From Gemmatimonadales bacterium (GTDB lineage: Bacteria; Gemmatimonadota; Gemmatimonadetes; Gemmatimonadales; GWC2-71-9), in the NCBI GenBank assembly GCA_037189525.1, contig JBBCJC010000005.1, forward strand, positions 384,001 to 448,000: a stretch of 64,000 bases of DNA, read 5' to 3'. The notes under the pieces were generated by a model. The model was not told the origin of the DNA and made no database searches. It saw nothing but the letters and a program-made list of their open reading frames with translations. Every line of letters begins with the position of its first letter. Within the stretch, counting starts at the first letter, position 1. Both the position numbers and the translations under genes were made by a program. Positions 10,415 through 21,022 of this stretch are shown in pieces.

Positions 10415-11355
10415 CGAAAATGATCGAAGCCGTTGAGGCGGACAGGCTGACCGGCAAATCGCAGCGAGATCCCCGCCCCCTCCACCACGCGGCCGATGCG
10501 CGTCAACGGAAGGCCGTCCGGCAGCCCCTCCGCGAGGTCGACATCTGCCGGCAAGGTCACGAGCAACTCGTAATCCTCCCCACCCACCGCCGCAAACAGC
10601 TGGGGAGCTTCACCGACCAGCGCAGCAACCGCCGGCAGGGCCGGATCGATCGGCACGTCGTCCAGATCGACCTCCAGCCGGACCGCACTGGCGGCCGCCA
10701 GGTGGCCGAGATCGCCTGCGAGGCCGTCGCTCAGGTCGAGCATGGCGGTGGCTCGGTGCGCGGCAAGCCACTGCCCTGCTTCGACGCGGGGCGCCGGCCG
10801 CGCAAATCGGCGGCGATGCTCCGGCTCAGGAGCGCGATGACGGCGCCACGACTCGAGCGCCGCGCGGGCACCGCCCAAGGTGCCGGTCACCCAGATCGCG
10901 TCGCCCACGCGGGCGCCTGATCGGCGGACAGGATGGTCCGTTCGGCCCAGCACCGTGACCGTCACGGCCAATTGCGTTCCTCGGCTCAGGTCGCCTCCCA
11001 CCACCTGCGCACCGACCGAATGGGCCGCGGCGCCGGCTCCCCGCATCAGCGCCGCCAGCAGGTCGGTCGGATCGGACTCCGGCAACACGACCGCCACGAG
11101 GGCCGCATCCGCCGACGCGCCTACCGCGGCCAGGTCGGACAGCCCGGCTGCCGTCGCCCGCCAGCCGATTTCCTCCGGATCGAGCCAGGCGCGCCGGAAA
11201 TGGACCTCGTCGACACTCACATCCGTGCTGGCGCACCAGCCGCCGGGCAGAAAGGCGCAGTCGTCGCCCAGATGCCGGGCGTCGTCGCCCAAGGCCTCGG
11301 CGATGGCCCGGACCCGATCGAACTCGCCACCGCTGCCGAGCCGCGTGCCCGTCAC
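10411..11355 (-). CDS. thiL: Thiamine-monophosphate kinase
   Basis: GEF, GDDCA, LSDLAAVGA, VGGDLS, MLDLSDGL, GGEDYEL; start re-assigned to GTG 11355. Confidence 0.92.
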   Translation of the reverse strand: MTGTRLGSGGEFDRVRAIAEALGDDARHLGDDCAFLPGGWCASTDVSVDEVHFRRAWLDPEEIGWRATAAGLSDLAAVGASADAALVAVVLPESDPTDLLAALMRGAGAAAHSVGAQVVGGDLSRGTQLAVTVTVLGRTDHPVRRSGARVGDAIWVTGTLGGARAALESWRRHRAPEPEHRRRFARPAPRVEAGQWLAAHRATAMLDLSDGLAGDLGHLAAASAVRLEVDLDDVPIDPALPAVAALVGEAPQLFAAVGGEDYELLVTLPADVDLAEGLPDGLPLTRIGRVVEGAGISLRFAGQPVRLNGFDHFR

Positions 11356-11356
11356 C

Positions 11357-12910
11357 TCAGACTCCGACCGGCGCGGGGAGGGTGTGCAGCACCGGCGCCG
11401 GTGCCGCCGAGACCTCGCGCCGGACCTGATCCCACCGCCGCCAGACATCGGGCAGCGCAGCGATCACGTCCATCGGGCGCACCGAGCGCGCGGTCAGGCG
11501 GCGCGCGGCGTGATCCGCAGCTTCGCCCATTGCATGCGCAGCTGCCGCTGCAGTCAGTCCGGGTTCCCCTCGCTGCGCCAGCCAGGCGCCGATCACACCG
11601 CTCAGGGTGTCCCCGCTCCCGCCGGTTGCCAAGCCGGGATTGCCGGCTGCCACGGTGATTGCGGCATGACCCGGCCCGGCCACCACGGTCGGGACCCCTT
11701 TGAGCAGCACCGTCGCGCCCAACAGCGCGGCCGCCTCGGTTGCGGCAGCCCAGGGATCGACGCCAAGGGATGAAGCGAGTTCAGGAAAGAGGGCGCGAAA
11801 CTCTCCGGCGTGCGGGGTCAGGACCGCGGTACGCCCGGCGAGGATCTCGGCCAAGCGGACCGGACTGCCCTGAAAGGCCATCAGCGCATCCGCGTCAACG
11901 ACGAGCGGCGCCTGGCCAATAGCCGCCAGCGCGCCGACGAAATCGGCCCGGTCGCCTTGGCGGCCAAGCCCGGGGCCGATCACCAGAGCATCGGCCTTGG
12001 ACGCAAGCTCCGCAAGGGCGTCGCTTGGCCGATCGAATCCCGTGGCCACGGTCTGCAGATCGGGCTCGGCTCCTGCCAGCACGGCCAACGCTTCGGGCGG
12101 CGCCGCCACGTGAACCAGACCAGCCCCCGCCGCAAACGCCGCCCGCGCTGCAAGCCGCGCAGCCCCGGTCATCCCGACGTCGCCGCCGACGATGACCACC
12201 CGGCCCCGGGTTCCCTTGTGGCTGGACGCCGCCAACCGGGTCGCCGCTTTGACCGCATCGCGCTCGCGTAGCACGGTCGGCCACTCGGCGGGCGCCGGCA
12301 CGAACCCGATATCGAGGACCATGACGTCGCCGACCTCATCCCGGGCCAGCAGATGCCCGCGACGGTAACCGCCGAACGTGAGCGTGAGATCGGCCGGGAG
12401 CGCATCGCGGGAGACGCCGGTATCGAGATCGAGCCCGGTCGGGCCGTCGATGGCTGCTATGGGAAGGTCGAGTTCGGCCAGGCGGGCCAGGAGCGAGGTC
12501 ATCGGCGGACGGGGACGGCCCGAGGCGCCGGTTCCGAGCAGCGCGTCGACCACCAGGCCGACCGCGGGCCAGGGTCCGTCGGCCTCGAGCGCCCGAACCG
12601 AGGCGACCTCCGCTAGCTGCGCTTGCAGCCGATTGAGCGGTGAGGTGTTCCCGGCAACTGGCACGACCCAGACGGGCCACCCCAGTTGATGCAGCGTACG
12701 AGCTATCACCCAGCCGTCGCCGCCGTTGTTTCCGGGGCCGGCTGCAATCAAGGTGCCCCGCCCCATCGCCGCGCCGTATCGGGCGGTAAGAACGGCCGCC
12801 GCCGCGCGACCGGCGTTTTCCATCAGCGCCGCGGCCGGCAGACCCGCATCGACCGTCAATCGATCCCAGGCAGATGCTTGCTGAGCAGAAACGACGGGAA
12901 GTGCCGACAT
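11357..12910 (-). CDS. nnr: Bifunctional NAD(P)HX epimerase/dehydratase (YjeF)
   Basis: LMENAG, GPGNNGGDG, DALLGTG, HKGTRG, GPGLG, DADAL, TPHAGEF, GGSGDTLSG. Confidence 0.93.
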   Translation of the reverse strand: MSALPVVSAQQASAWDRLTVDAGLPAAALMENAGRAAAAVLTARYGAAMGRGTLIAAGPGNNGGDGWVIARTLHQLGWPVWVVPVAGNTSPLNRLQAQLAEVASVRALEADGPWPAVGLVVDALLGTGASGRPRPPMTSLLARLAELDLPIAAIDGPTGLDLDTGVSRDALPADLTLTFGGYRRGHLLARDEVGDVMVLDIGFVPAPAEWPTVLRERDAVKAATRLAASSHKGTRGRVVIVGGDVGMTGAARLAARAAFAAGAGLVHVAAPPEALAVLAGAEPDLQTVATGFDRPSDALAELASKADALVIGPGLGRQGDRADFVGALAAIGQAPLVVDADALMAFQGSPVRLAEILAGRTAVLTPHAGEFRALFPELASSLGVDPWAAATEAAALLGATVLLKGVPTVVAGPGHAAITVAAGNPGLATGGSGDTLSGVIGAWLAQRGEPGLTAAAAAHAMGEAADHAARRLTARSVRPMDVIAALPDVWRRWDQVRREVSAAPAPVLHTLPAPVGV

Positions 12911-12937
12911 GCCGATCGCCCTCCTCCAGCGTTTCCG

Positions 12938-13366
12938 CTAGGCTCCGCGCTCGGAAGTCTCGCCCCGGCTCCGACGGCAGGCGTTGCGCGGTACCCCGCG
13001 CCACAGGTACGACTCGGAAAAGACCTGATCGAAATCGTAGACCGCATGAAAGTCTTCGACCCGATCGTCCGGCTGCGTGATCAGCAGACCGACCTCCACC
13101 AGCGCAAAGACGATCCGCCCGATATCGCCGGTGCGCCGAATGCCCCAATGGCTCAGCACCTGCTGAGCCATCAGGCCATACTGTTCGAGCGCATGATCAC
13201 GACAGGCCCGGGCCAGTTCCTGCCCGGTCACATGGCGCCGGATGGTCAGCCGGTTCTGGATGTACTCGATGCTTTCGAGCACGAACAGATACGCCTGCTC
13301 ATCGTAGTGGCTTTCCGACCGACGGAGTCGATCGACCAGCTCGGGCGCCAGGCGGATCTCGATCAC
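12938..13366 (-). CDS. Minf_1886 / TIGR04138-like conserved protein
   Basis: [33 protein letters not shown]...[13 protein letters not shown]...D.VEDF. Confidence 0.75.
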   Translation of the reverse strand: MIEIRLAPELVDRLRRSESHYDEQAYLFVLESIEYIQNRLTIRRHVTGQELARACRDHALEQYGLMAQQVLSHWGIRRTGDIGRIVFALVEVGLLITQPDDRVEDFHAVYDFDQVFSESYLWRGVPRNACRRSRGETSERGA

Positions 13367-14703
13367 GATCGCTTCCGCGCTCCGGTGGCAACGCCGACCG
13401 AACGCCGGCCGGTCGGATGCCCATTGCCGCTCGCAGCCTGCGCGGCAGTCGGGCCCGGCGGATAGAGCGGATATCCCGACGCCAGACTGCGTACCTTACG
13501 ACCAACCCTGGCAATCGTCGCCTCGTCGGGCGAGGTCAGCACCTGGTCGATCAGTTCGGCAATCGTGTCCATCTCCACCTCTCCCATCCCGCGGGTAGTG
13601 ACGGCCGGAGTGCCGAGACGGATTCCGCTCGTCACGAACGGGGAGGCAGGATCGTTCGGAATCGTATTGCGATTGACCGTGATGCCGGCATGCTCCAGCG
13701 CCGTCTCGGCCGCTTTGCCCGTGATATTCCGGCTCCGCACATCGACCAGCATGACGTGCGAATCGGTGCCGTCGGCAATGATCCGGAAGCCCCGATCCAT
13801 CAGGCCGGCCGCCAGTCGCTTGGCATTGGCCACGACCTGCGCCGCATAGACCCGGAACTCCGGCAGCTGCGCTTCACCGAAGGAGACGGCTTTGGCCGCA
13901 ATGACGTGCTCGAGCGGACCACCCTGCGTCCCCGGGAACACCGACCGATCGATGGCGCGGCCCAGATCGGCCTGTGCCAGGATCAGCCCGCCCCGCGGTC
14001 CGCGCAGCGTCTTGTGCGTCGTCGTGGTAACCACCTGCGCATGCGGCACCGGCGACGGATAGACCCCGCCGGCCACCAGCCCGGCAAAGTGCGCCATGTC
14101 GACCAGCAGCCTGGCACCGACCTCGTCGGCGATGGCCCGGAATCCGGCAAAATCGATGATCCGCGAATAGGCGCTGCCGCCGCAGACGATCAGCTTGGGC
14201 TGCTCCCGGAGCGCAATGGCCCGCACCTCGTCGAGTTCGATCAGACCGGTGTCCGGATTGACCCCGTAGTGCACCGCGCGCCAGATGGTCCCGCTGTGAT
14301 TGACATTGTGCCCGTGCGACAGATGCCCACCATGCGACAGCGACATGCCGAGCAGAGTTTCGCCGGGCGGAATCAGCGCCATGAAGGCCGCGAAATTCGC
14401 CTGCGCACCCGAATGTGGCTGGACGTTGGCGTACTCGGCACCGAACAGCGCCTTGGCCCGATCGATGGCCAGCTGCTCGACTTCGTCGATGACCTGATTG
14501 CCACCGTAGTAGCGCTTGCCCGGATACCCTTCGGAATATTTGTTGGTCAGCGGGGTGCCCATCGCATCGATCACCGCCCGCGACGCGAAGTTCTCGCTCG
14601 CAATCAGTTCGAGCCCGTCCCGCTGCCGGGTGAGCTCCCGATCGACCATCGCCGCCACCACCGGATCGGCAACGCGTAACGCTGCCGCATGATCGTACGT
14701 CAT
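13363..14703 (-). CDS. glyA: Serine hydroxymethyltransferase
   Basis: [43 protein letters not shown]. Confidence 0.98.
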   Translation of the reverse strand: MTYDHAAALRVADPVVAAMVDRELTRQRDGLELIASENFASRAVIDAMGTPLTNKYSEGYPGKRYYGGNQVIDEVEQLAIDRAKALFGAEYANVQPHSGAQANFAAFMALIPPGETLLGMSLSHGGHLSHGHNVNHSGTIWRAVHYGVNPDTGLIELDEVRAIALREQPKLIVCGGSAYSRIIDFAGFRAIADEVGARLLVDMAHFAGLVAGGVYPSPVPHAQVVTTTTHKTLRGPRGGLILAQADLGRAIDRSVFPGTQGGPLEHVIAAKAVSFGEAQLPEFRVYAAQVVANAKRLAAGLMDRGFRIIADGTDSHVMLVDVRSRNITGKAAETALEHAGITVNRNTIPNDPASPFVTSGIRLGTPAVTTRGMGEVEMDTIAELIDQVLTSPDEATIARVGRKVRSLASGYPLYPPGPTAAQAASGNGHPTGRRSVGVATGARKRS

Positions 14704-15143
14704 TCGTTCTCCACTTCGATTTTGGCGACCCGGCGCTCATGGCGTCCGCCTTCGAACGGCGTGTCCAGCCAGGTACGCAGGATCTCGAGTCCCTGGTCTT
14801 CGGTCACGAATCGCGCCGGAAGAACCAGGACATTGGCATCATTGTGTTCGCGCGCCAGCGCGGCGATATCCGGCGCCCAGGCCACCGCCGCCCGCACGCC
14901 GTGGTGCCGATTGGCCGCGTAGGACATCCCGAGCCCGGTTCCGCAGAGGAGTACGCCGCGTTTGGCATTGCCCCGCGCCACCCGATCGGCCACGATGTGG
15001 GCATAGTCGGGATAGTCGGTCGAATCGGTCGAGTGTGTTCCGACATCCTCCGGGGCGTAGCCCAGGCGCTTCAACTCCTCGACGATGCGCTCCTTGAGCG
15101 CAAAGCCGGCGTGATCGGCCCCGATCGGAATGGTCTCGGCCAT
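14700..15143 (-). CDS. rpiB: Ribose-5-phosphate isomerase B
   Basis: [35 protein letters not shown]. Confidence 0.97.
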   Translation of the reverse strand: MAETIPIGADHAGFALKERIVEELKRLGYAPEDVGTHSTDSTDYPDYAHIVADRVARGNAKRGVLLCGTGLGMSYAANRHHGVRAAVAWAPDIAALAREHNDANVLVLPARFVTEDQGLEILRTWLDTPFEGGRHERRVAKIEVENE

Positions 15144-15152
15144 CGGAATACC

Positions 15153-15995
15153 TCAGTAGGTGTAGAAGCCTTTTTTCGACTTCCGGCCCAGATAGCCGGC
15201 CGCCACCATCCGGCGCAGCAGCGGACAGGGACGATACTTGGGATCGCCCAGCCCCTTGTGCATCACCTCGAGGATGGCGAGGCAGACATCGAGCCCGATG
15301 AAATCCGCCAACGCGAGCGGCCCCATCGGGTGCGCCATGCCCAGCTTCATCACCGTGTCGACCGACTCGGGCGTCGCGACGCCCTCCATCACCGTGTAGA
15401 TCGCTTCGTTGATCATCGGCATCAGGATCCGGTTGGCCACGAAGCCCGGATAGTCCTGCACTTCGACCGGCGTCTTACCCAGCGCCTTCGAAATCTCGAG
15501 GACGGTGGTGGTGGTCTGGTCGCTGGTGGCATGACCCCGGATCACTTCGACCAGCTGCATCACCGGCACCGGATTCATGAAGTGCATCCCGATGACATTT
15601 TCGGGACGCCGCGTCCGGGCCGCGATCTCGGTGATCGAAATGGAACTGGTGTTGGTCGCCAGAATGGCATCGTCGGCCGCGATCCGGTCGAGCGACTCGA
15701 AGATCGAAAACTTGAGCGGCGGTTGCTCCGTAGCCGCTTCGATGATGATGTTGGCCGACGCGGCCCCCTCGAGCGCCGTCGACGTCTGAATCCGCCCGAG
15801 AATCTGCGGGAGAGCGTCGGTCGGAATGGCGCCCTTCTTGGCCTGCCGATCGAGATTGGACTGGATCGTGGTCCGGGCGCGGTCGAGCGCCTGCTGGGAC
15901 ACGTCGATCAGAGTCACGCTCCAGCCATATTGTGCAAACACGTGGGCGATGCCATTCCCCATCGTCCCCGCGCCGATTACCGCTGCCTGCTTCAT
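15153..15995 (-). CDS. hbd: 3-hydroxybutyryl-CoA dehydrogenase
   Basis: GAGTMGNGIA, NTSSISIT, GMHFMNPVP, HPMGPL; start re-assigned to ATG 15995. Confidence 0.92.
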   Translation of the reverse strand: MKQAAVIGAGTMGNGIAHVFAQYGWSVTLIDVSQQALDRARTTIQSNLDRQAKKGAIPTDALPQILGRIQTSTALEGAASANIIIEAATEQPPLKFSIFESLDRIAADDAILATNTSSISITEIAARTRRPENVIGMHFMNPVPVMQLVEVIRGHATSDQTTTTVLEISKALGKTPVEVQDYPGFVANRILMPMINEAIYTVMEGVATPESVDTVMKLGMAHPMGPLALADFIGLDVCLAILEVMHKGLGDPKYRPCPLLRRMVAAGYLGRKSKKGFYTY

Positions 15996-16861
15996 GATAC
16001 CTCCCGAAAGTCTCGCCACCGAACCACGAACAGGATTCCGACCGTCAACGCCACGGTCGCCAGTATTCCACCTTCCGGACCGAAAGGTCCTCCGGTTACC
16101 CACGCCGGCTCACCGGGCACGAAATCGATCCACGGGATCTCGAACGGCAATCCGCTCACCGGCGCCGCCAGCGCCGCCAGGGCAACATTCCACCCGAGAT
16201 GCGCGCCCGTGGCCGTCCAGAGCCCGCCTCGAGCGAAAAACGTAAGCCCGAGCAGCACCCCGGCAAGGGCAATGTTTCCGAGCGCGAGGGCCGTCACGCT
16301 CGGATTGGTCCGATGCGCAGCGGCAAAGAGGACGGCCGTTACGACGACCGCCGATGCGCGCCCAATGCCCCGCGCCATCCCGGCCACCGCCACGCCCCGA
16401 AAGGCCAGCTCTTCCATGAATGCCGCCGGCAGCAACATCAGCGCGAGCAAGACCACTCGGCCGAGATAGGCGCCGAAGCTGCCGCCGTCGGGCATCCACT
16501 CGGAGCCGGCTCCCAGACTCAGGCCCAGCGCGCCGATTCCCACCAGCGCACCTACCGCAAATCCCTTCCCGAACCCCGGCACACCTTCGCCGGCACGTAC
16601 GAAGCCCAAAGTGCGCCAGTCGAGTCGGAGCGCCTTGCGACCGATCAGCCACGTCAACGCGCCGAAGACCAGGAGACCGACCGAGGTCTGGATCACCGCG
16701 GCGCCGCTGTACCCGACGGCCCCTGCCGGCAGCCGTTCGAGCAGGAGCCAGTAGATCGTTGCTCCCAGCAAGCCGGTGGCGCTATACCCCACCAGTATGA
16801 AGCCGAGCGACCAGGCAACGGCCCCGATCCGGGACCGCGCACTGGTCGCTTGCGATTCCAC
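15992..16861 (-). CDS. CPBP-family (CAAX/Abi) intramembrane metalloprotease
   Basis: EELAFRG, FAAAH, HLGWN motifs; multi-TM; start re-assigned to GTG 16861. Confidence 0.85.
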   Translation of the reverse strand: MESQATSARSRIGAVAWSLGFILVGYSATGLLGATIYWLLLERLPAGAVGYSGAAVIQTSVGLLVFGALTWLIGRKALRLDWRTLGFVRAGEGVPGFGKGFAVGALVGIGALGLSLGAGSEWMPDGGSFGAYLGRVVLLALMLLPAAFMEELAFRGVAVAGMARGIGRASAVVVTAVLFAAAHRTNPSVTALALGNIALAGVLLGLTFFARGGLWTATGAHLGWNVALAALAAPVSGLPFEIPWIDFVPGEPAWVTGGPFGPEGGILATVALTVGILFVVRWRDFREVS

Positions 16862-16866
16862 GAACG

Positions 16867-18054
16867 TCAGACCGCTTCGACGGACAGCGCGACGGCGTTC
16901 CCTCCACCCAGACAGAGCGTGGCCAATCCGGTCGCCACCCCGCGCGACTTCATGGCGTAGAGCAGCGTGGTCAGGACCCGCGCCCCGCTGGCGCCGATCG
17001 GATGACCCAGCGCAATCGCGCCGCCATGCACGTTGACCCGATCCCAATCCCAACCGAGCGCGCGCCCATCGGCCAGCGCCTGGACCGCAAACGCCTCGTT
17101 GGCTTCGATCAGGCCGTAGTCGCCGATGGTCGTACCGGCCTTCTTCATCAGGTTCTGGACCGCGAAAATTGGCGCGAAGAAGAGATCCTTGGGCTCCCCG
17201 CCGCCGGTGGCGTACCCGGTAATGCGGGCCAACGGCGTCAGACCATGCGCCTTGGCATAGGCGAGCGACGCAACGACCAACGCCGACGAGCCGTCATTGA
17301 GGCCCGGCGCGTTGCCGGCCGTAACGCTGCCCTCTTTGTCGAACGACGGTCTCAGCTTAGCCAGCGATTCGATCGAGGTATCCTTGCGGGGCGATTCGTC
17401 GGTGTCGACGGTCGTGCTGCCCCCCTTGGTGGGCACCGTGACCGGCACGATCTCGGCGTTGAAGATGCCTCCCTCGATCGACGCCACCGCTTTGCGATGG
17501 CTGTCGAATGCATAGCGATCCTGATCGGCCCGCGAGACATCCGCTTTCTTGGCGGTGTACTCGGCCAGATTGCCCATGTGGACGTTACCGAACGAGTCCC
17601 AGAGGCCGTCATGAATCATCCCGTCGACCATGGTCTGATTGCCGGCCTTGATGCCGCTCCGCATCCCGTAGACATAGTGCGGCGACGACGACATCGACTC
17701 CATCCCGCCGGCCACGACCAGCTGGTTGTCGCCCGCTTTGATCGACTGGGCAGCCAGCATCACGGCCTTGAGACCGGAACCGCAAACCTTGTTGATGGTC
17801 AGCGCGGGAATCACGCCGTTCAAGCCCGCCTTGATCATCGCCTGGCGCCCGGAGGCCTGCCCGGAACCGCCCTGCAACACGTGGCCCATGATGACTTCAT
17901 CGATCGCACCGGCGTCGATCCCGGCCCGATGAACGGCTTCTTTGATGGCAATGGCGCCGAGTGCCGGCGCGTTGAACGAAGACAGGCCGCCCAGGTACTT
18001 CCCGATCGGGGTACGGCAGGCCGAGAGAATGACGGGGGTAGTCGCGTCGGACAT
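16867..18054 (-). CDS. atoB: Acetyl-CoA C-acetyltransferase (thiolase)
   Basis: INKVCGSG, NEAFA, GHPIGASG, CLGGG. Confidence 0.93.
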   Translation of the reverse strand: MSDATTPVILSACRTPIGKYLGGLSSFNAPALGAIAIKEAVHRAGIDAGAIDEVIMGHVLQGGSGQASGRQAMIKAGLNGVIPALTINKVCGSGLKAVMLAAQSIKAGDNQLVVAGGMESMSSSPHYVYGMRSGIKAGNQTMVDGMIHDGLWDSFGNVHMGNLAEYTAKKADVSRADQDRYAFDSHRKAVASIEGGIFNAEIVPVTVPTKGGSTTVDTDESPRKDTSIESLAKLRPSFDKEGSVTAGNAPGLNDGSSALVVASLAYAKAHGLTPLARITGYATGGGEPKDLFFAPIFAVQNLMKKAGTTIGDYGLIEANEAFAVQALADGRALGWDWDRVNVHGGAIALGHPIGASGARVLTTLLYAMKSRGVATGLATLCLGGGNAVALSVEAV

Positions 18055-18133
18055 GGAACTCTCGATGTCGAAGAATGTACGGCCTAAAAGATAGGCAATC
18101 CGCGGGGTGCCCTGAAGGGGCCGGGATGCGCTG

Positions 18134-20992
18134 TCAGCGAACCGGTGAAGGCTCCCCGGTCAGTCGCCCGACGGCCGTGCGAGCCTCGGCGGCCCAGCCG
18201 TCGTCCGCCGACCAGAGCCGGAGGAATCGCCCGTAAGCGGTCACGGCATCCTCGCGCTGACCTGCGGCCTCGAGTGCCCGGCCCAGCAAGAGTTGCGTCA
18301 CCGGCATGACGCCGACATCGCCCTCGAACCCATACTGCAGCCGCAGCAGCCCGAGCGCCCGGGTTTCCGGACGCATGGCCAGCACCGTCGCCAGTTCGAG
18401 TCGGGCCGCGACCGACATGAAGGCAGGAATGGTCCCCGCCGTCCCGTCGAGCGCGCTGCCTAACAATCGAATCCCGCCCAGCGTATCGCCGCGCGCGAGG
18501 ACGACCCGGCCCTTGGCCGCCGCCACCAGCGACCGGACCGTGCCGCCGACGGCGACCGTGTCGCGCGCCAACAAGCTGTCCGCGAGGCGGCCGGCCAGGT
18601 TCAGGTCGCCCCGCACCAGCGCGAGTTGGATGATGGTATGGACTTGAAACGGATTGACCCGCTTGGCCGCCAGCACCCGCGTGGCAAGATCTCCAGCGAA
18701 GCCGGACGGCGCGATTCCAAGCGTGATCGGATAGAGTAACGCCGAGAAGCGCAGTTCCGGATTGATGGCCTGCAGGGAATCGGCAATCGCCTCTGCCAAC
18801 TCGAAGCGACCCAACCCCGCCGCCATCACACTGCGGGCAAGTCCCCGCTCCGACGGCGCGCCGCCCGACCCCGAGAAGGTGAGCCCGACCAACGACCAGA
18901 CCCGCTCCGCATCGGCGTCCGGCGCGAGCTCCGCGGCGCGGATTGCCGCCTGGTACGCACCACGCCTGCCGCCGATCAATGCCACGGTGGTGGAATCGAC
19001 TCCGCGCCGACCCCAGCCGAGATCCGCCGCCGCGCGGTAGGCACGAGCCTCTTCGTCTGATCCCGCCTGGCGCATCACGCCCACATAACGTTCGAGCAAC
19101 GCGCTGTCACGATAGGCAATGGCCATCTCAGCCGGATGCAGCGCAGCGGGCGTCAGCGAGGAATCGAGCGCGATCACCCGGTCGAACGGCGCCCGCACCT
19201 CCTCGGGAGGCCGGGGATCGACCGCCCGATTGTGATAGTAGGTCTCGCCCAGAACGAACCAGCCTTCGACGTCGTTCGGATACTGGGCGACATACTGCCG
19301 GGCCGAGTCGGCCGCGGCGCGATTGCCGCGGGAAAAGAGATTGTAGGTGACGACCAGCGAACGTTCCCGGGGCGGCAGACGATCGGCAAACCGGCGCGCC
19401 GCATCGCTGGCCTCGATTGCCCGCGGGGAGCCATAGCCACCGACCCAGCCGATCGATGAACTGAGCCGGAGATACGCCAGACTGAAGGTGGAATCGAGCT
19501 CGATCGCGCGCTGAAAGGCGAGTTGCGCCGAATCCCAGACCGAGCGGCGGTAGAGCCGTTCGCCGTCGAGGAAGGCGCGCATGGCCTCCATCGAATTGGT
19601 CGTGATCCCGCTGACCCGGAGCGACGGCAGCGGCTCGTTGGATTGCCAGATGCTGCGCACCAGATCCGCGCTCAGGCGATCGACCAGAACCAGGACGCTG
19701 TCGGGCGCGCCGTCGACCTGCGCCATCGCCAGCTCCGCACCGTCGAGCCCGTGGAGCGTTGCCGAAATCCGGACCCGGTTACCGGCGCTGACCAGACTGC
19801 CCACCAGCACGCTGTTGGCCTTGAGCCCCCGGGCCAGCGCCCGATCGGCATCCAGATCCGCCGCCCCGCCCCGCCGGTGCCATTGCGCCAGCACCAGACG
19901 CGGCTCGACGGCACGAATCCCGCCGACCGTGTTGAGATTGGCCGAGAGCAGATCGACCATACCCTCGCCCAGCGTCTCCACGCCGGGACCCGAGGTCATG
20001 AACGGCACCACCGCAATGACCTCGGCCTCCTTGCGCACCAGGCTGGCCGGTTCGCGCGGCCAGAAGATGAGTGCCAGCAGGCTGGCGACAAACGCAACCG
20101 AGAAGAACGCCACGGCGCCGAGCAAGCGACGCTGCTTGGCCAGAACGGCCTGCCCACCGCCGCCCGACCGCACCAGATCGTCGCCAAACGCCGTGATCGT
20201 GGGATAGCGCTCGGCCGGATCGCTCGCGAGCGCCCGCGCCACCACCGCGTCGGCCTCGGGCGGAACGGTCCGGACCAACTTGGTGAGCTTGGGCCGCGGC
20301 CCGGTCAGGCTTCGGGCCAGCGCGGCCTGTACGGTGGGGCCGGAAAACGGCACCTCGCCGCTCACCATCTCGTAGAACACCGCGGCCAGACTGTACTGAT
20401 CGGTCCGGGCATCGAGCTCCGAGGCGGTGGCCTGCTCGGGACTCATGTAACCGGGAGTGCCAACCGCGAACCCCAACCCGGTATGCCGCTGCCCTTGCTG
20501 CGCAATGCCCAAGGCGCGCGCAATCCCGAAGTCGGCGACCATGGCATGGCCGCCGGTCAGCAGGATGTTTTCCGGCTTGATGTCTCGATGGATCAGGCCC
20601 TGCCCGTGCGCATAGGCCAGCGCGCTGGCAATCTCGCGGGTCAGCTCGACCGCTTCGTCGAAGGGCACCTGCTTGTCGCGATCGAGCCGGTCCCGCAACG
20701 ATTCGCCCTCGACGAATGGCATCACGAAGTAGACGATGCCGCCCGCCACGCCCGAATCGTAGAGCGGAACGATGTGGGGATGCTGGAGCCGGGCCGAGAG
20801 TTCGATCTCGTGAAAAAACCGATCGGTCCCCATGGTGGCCGCCAGCTCCGGACGGAACACCTTGATGGCCACCCGGCGATCATGCTTGAGGTCGCGCGCC
20901 AGGAAGACGGTGGCCATCCCGCCTTCCCCGATCTGGCGTTCGATCTGATACCGGTCGCCGAGCCCGGCGCGGAGCTGCTCCTCGACGTTCAT
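18134..20992 (-). CDS. Membrane Hanks-type Ser/Thr kinase with extracytoplasmic TolB-N-like/TPR region
   Basis: IGEGGMATV, VAIK, HRDIKPEN, DFGIA, GTPGYMSPEQ; TM LLGAVAFFSVAFVASLLALIFW; IAVVPF and TPR-like helices after it. Confidence 0.92.
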   Translation of the reverse strand: MNVEEQLRAGLGDRYQIERQIGEGGMATVFLARDLKHDRRVAIKVFRPELAATMGTDRFFHEIELSARLQHPHIVPLYDSGVAGGIVYFVMPFVEGESLRDRLDRDKQVPFDEAVELTREIASALAYAHGQGLIHRDIKPENILLTGGHAMVADFGIARALGIAQQGQRHTGLGFAVGTPGYMSPEQATASELDARTDQYSLAAVFYEMVSGEVPFSGPTVQAALARSLTGPRPKLTKLVRTVPPEADAVVARALASDPAERYPTITAFGDDLVRSGGGGQAVLAKQRRLLGAVAFFSVAFVASLLALIFWPREPASLVRKEAEVIAVVPFMTSGPGVETLGEGMVDLLSANLNTVGGIRAVEPRLVLAQWHRRGGAADLDADRALARGLKANSVLVGSLVSAGNRVRISATLHGLDGAELAMAQVDGAPDSVLVLVDRLSADLVRSIWQSNEPLPSLRVSGITTNSMEAMRAFLDGERLYRRSVWDSAQLAFQRAIELDSTFSLAYLRLSSSIGWVGGYGSPRAIEASDAARRFADRLPPRERSLVVTYNLFSRGNRAAADSARQYVAQYPNDVEGWFVLGETYYHNRAVDPRPPEEVRAPFDRVIALDSSLTPAALHPAEMAIAYRDSALLERYVGVMRQAGSDEEARAYRAAADLGWGRRGVDSTTVALIGGRRGAYQAAIRAAELAPDADAERVWSLVGLTFSGSGGAPSERGLARSVMAAGLGRFELAEAIADSLQAINPELRFSALLYPITLGIAPSGFAGDLATRVLAAKRVNPFQVHTIIQLALVRGDLNLAGRLADSLLARDTVAVGGTVRSLVAAAKGRVVLARGDTLGGIRLLGSALDGTAGTIPAFMSVAARLELATVLAMRPETRALGLLRLQYGFEGDVGVMPVTQLLLGRALEAAGQREDAVTAYGRFLRLWSADDGWAAEARTAVGRLTGEPSPVR

Positions 20993-21022
20993 TGCGCTCC
21001 TCGGGCTCGAAACCAGGGCAGC

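Noticed and set aside
14739..16469. 576 aa + strand ORF
   Set aside because: Antisense to rpiB, hbd and the CPBP gene; no recognisable motifs
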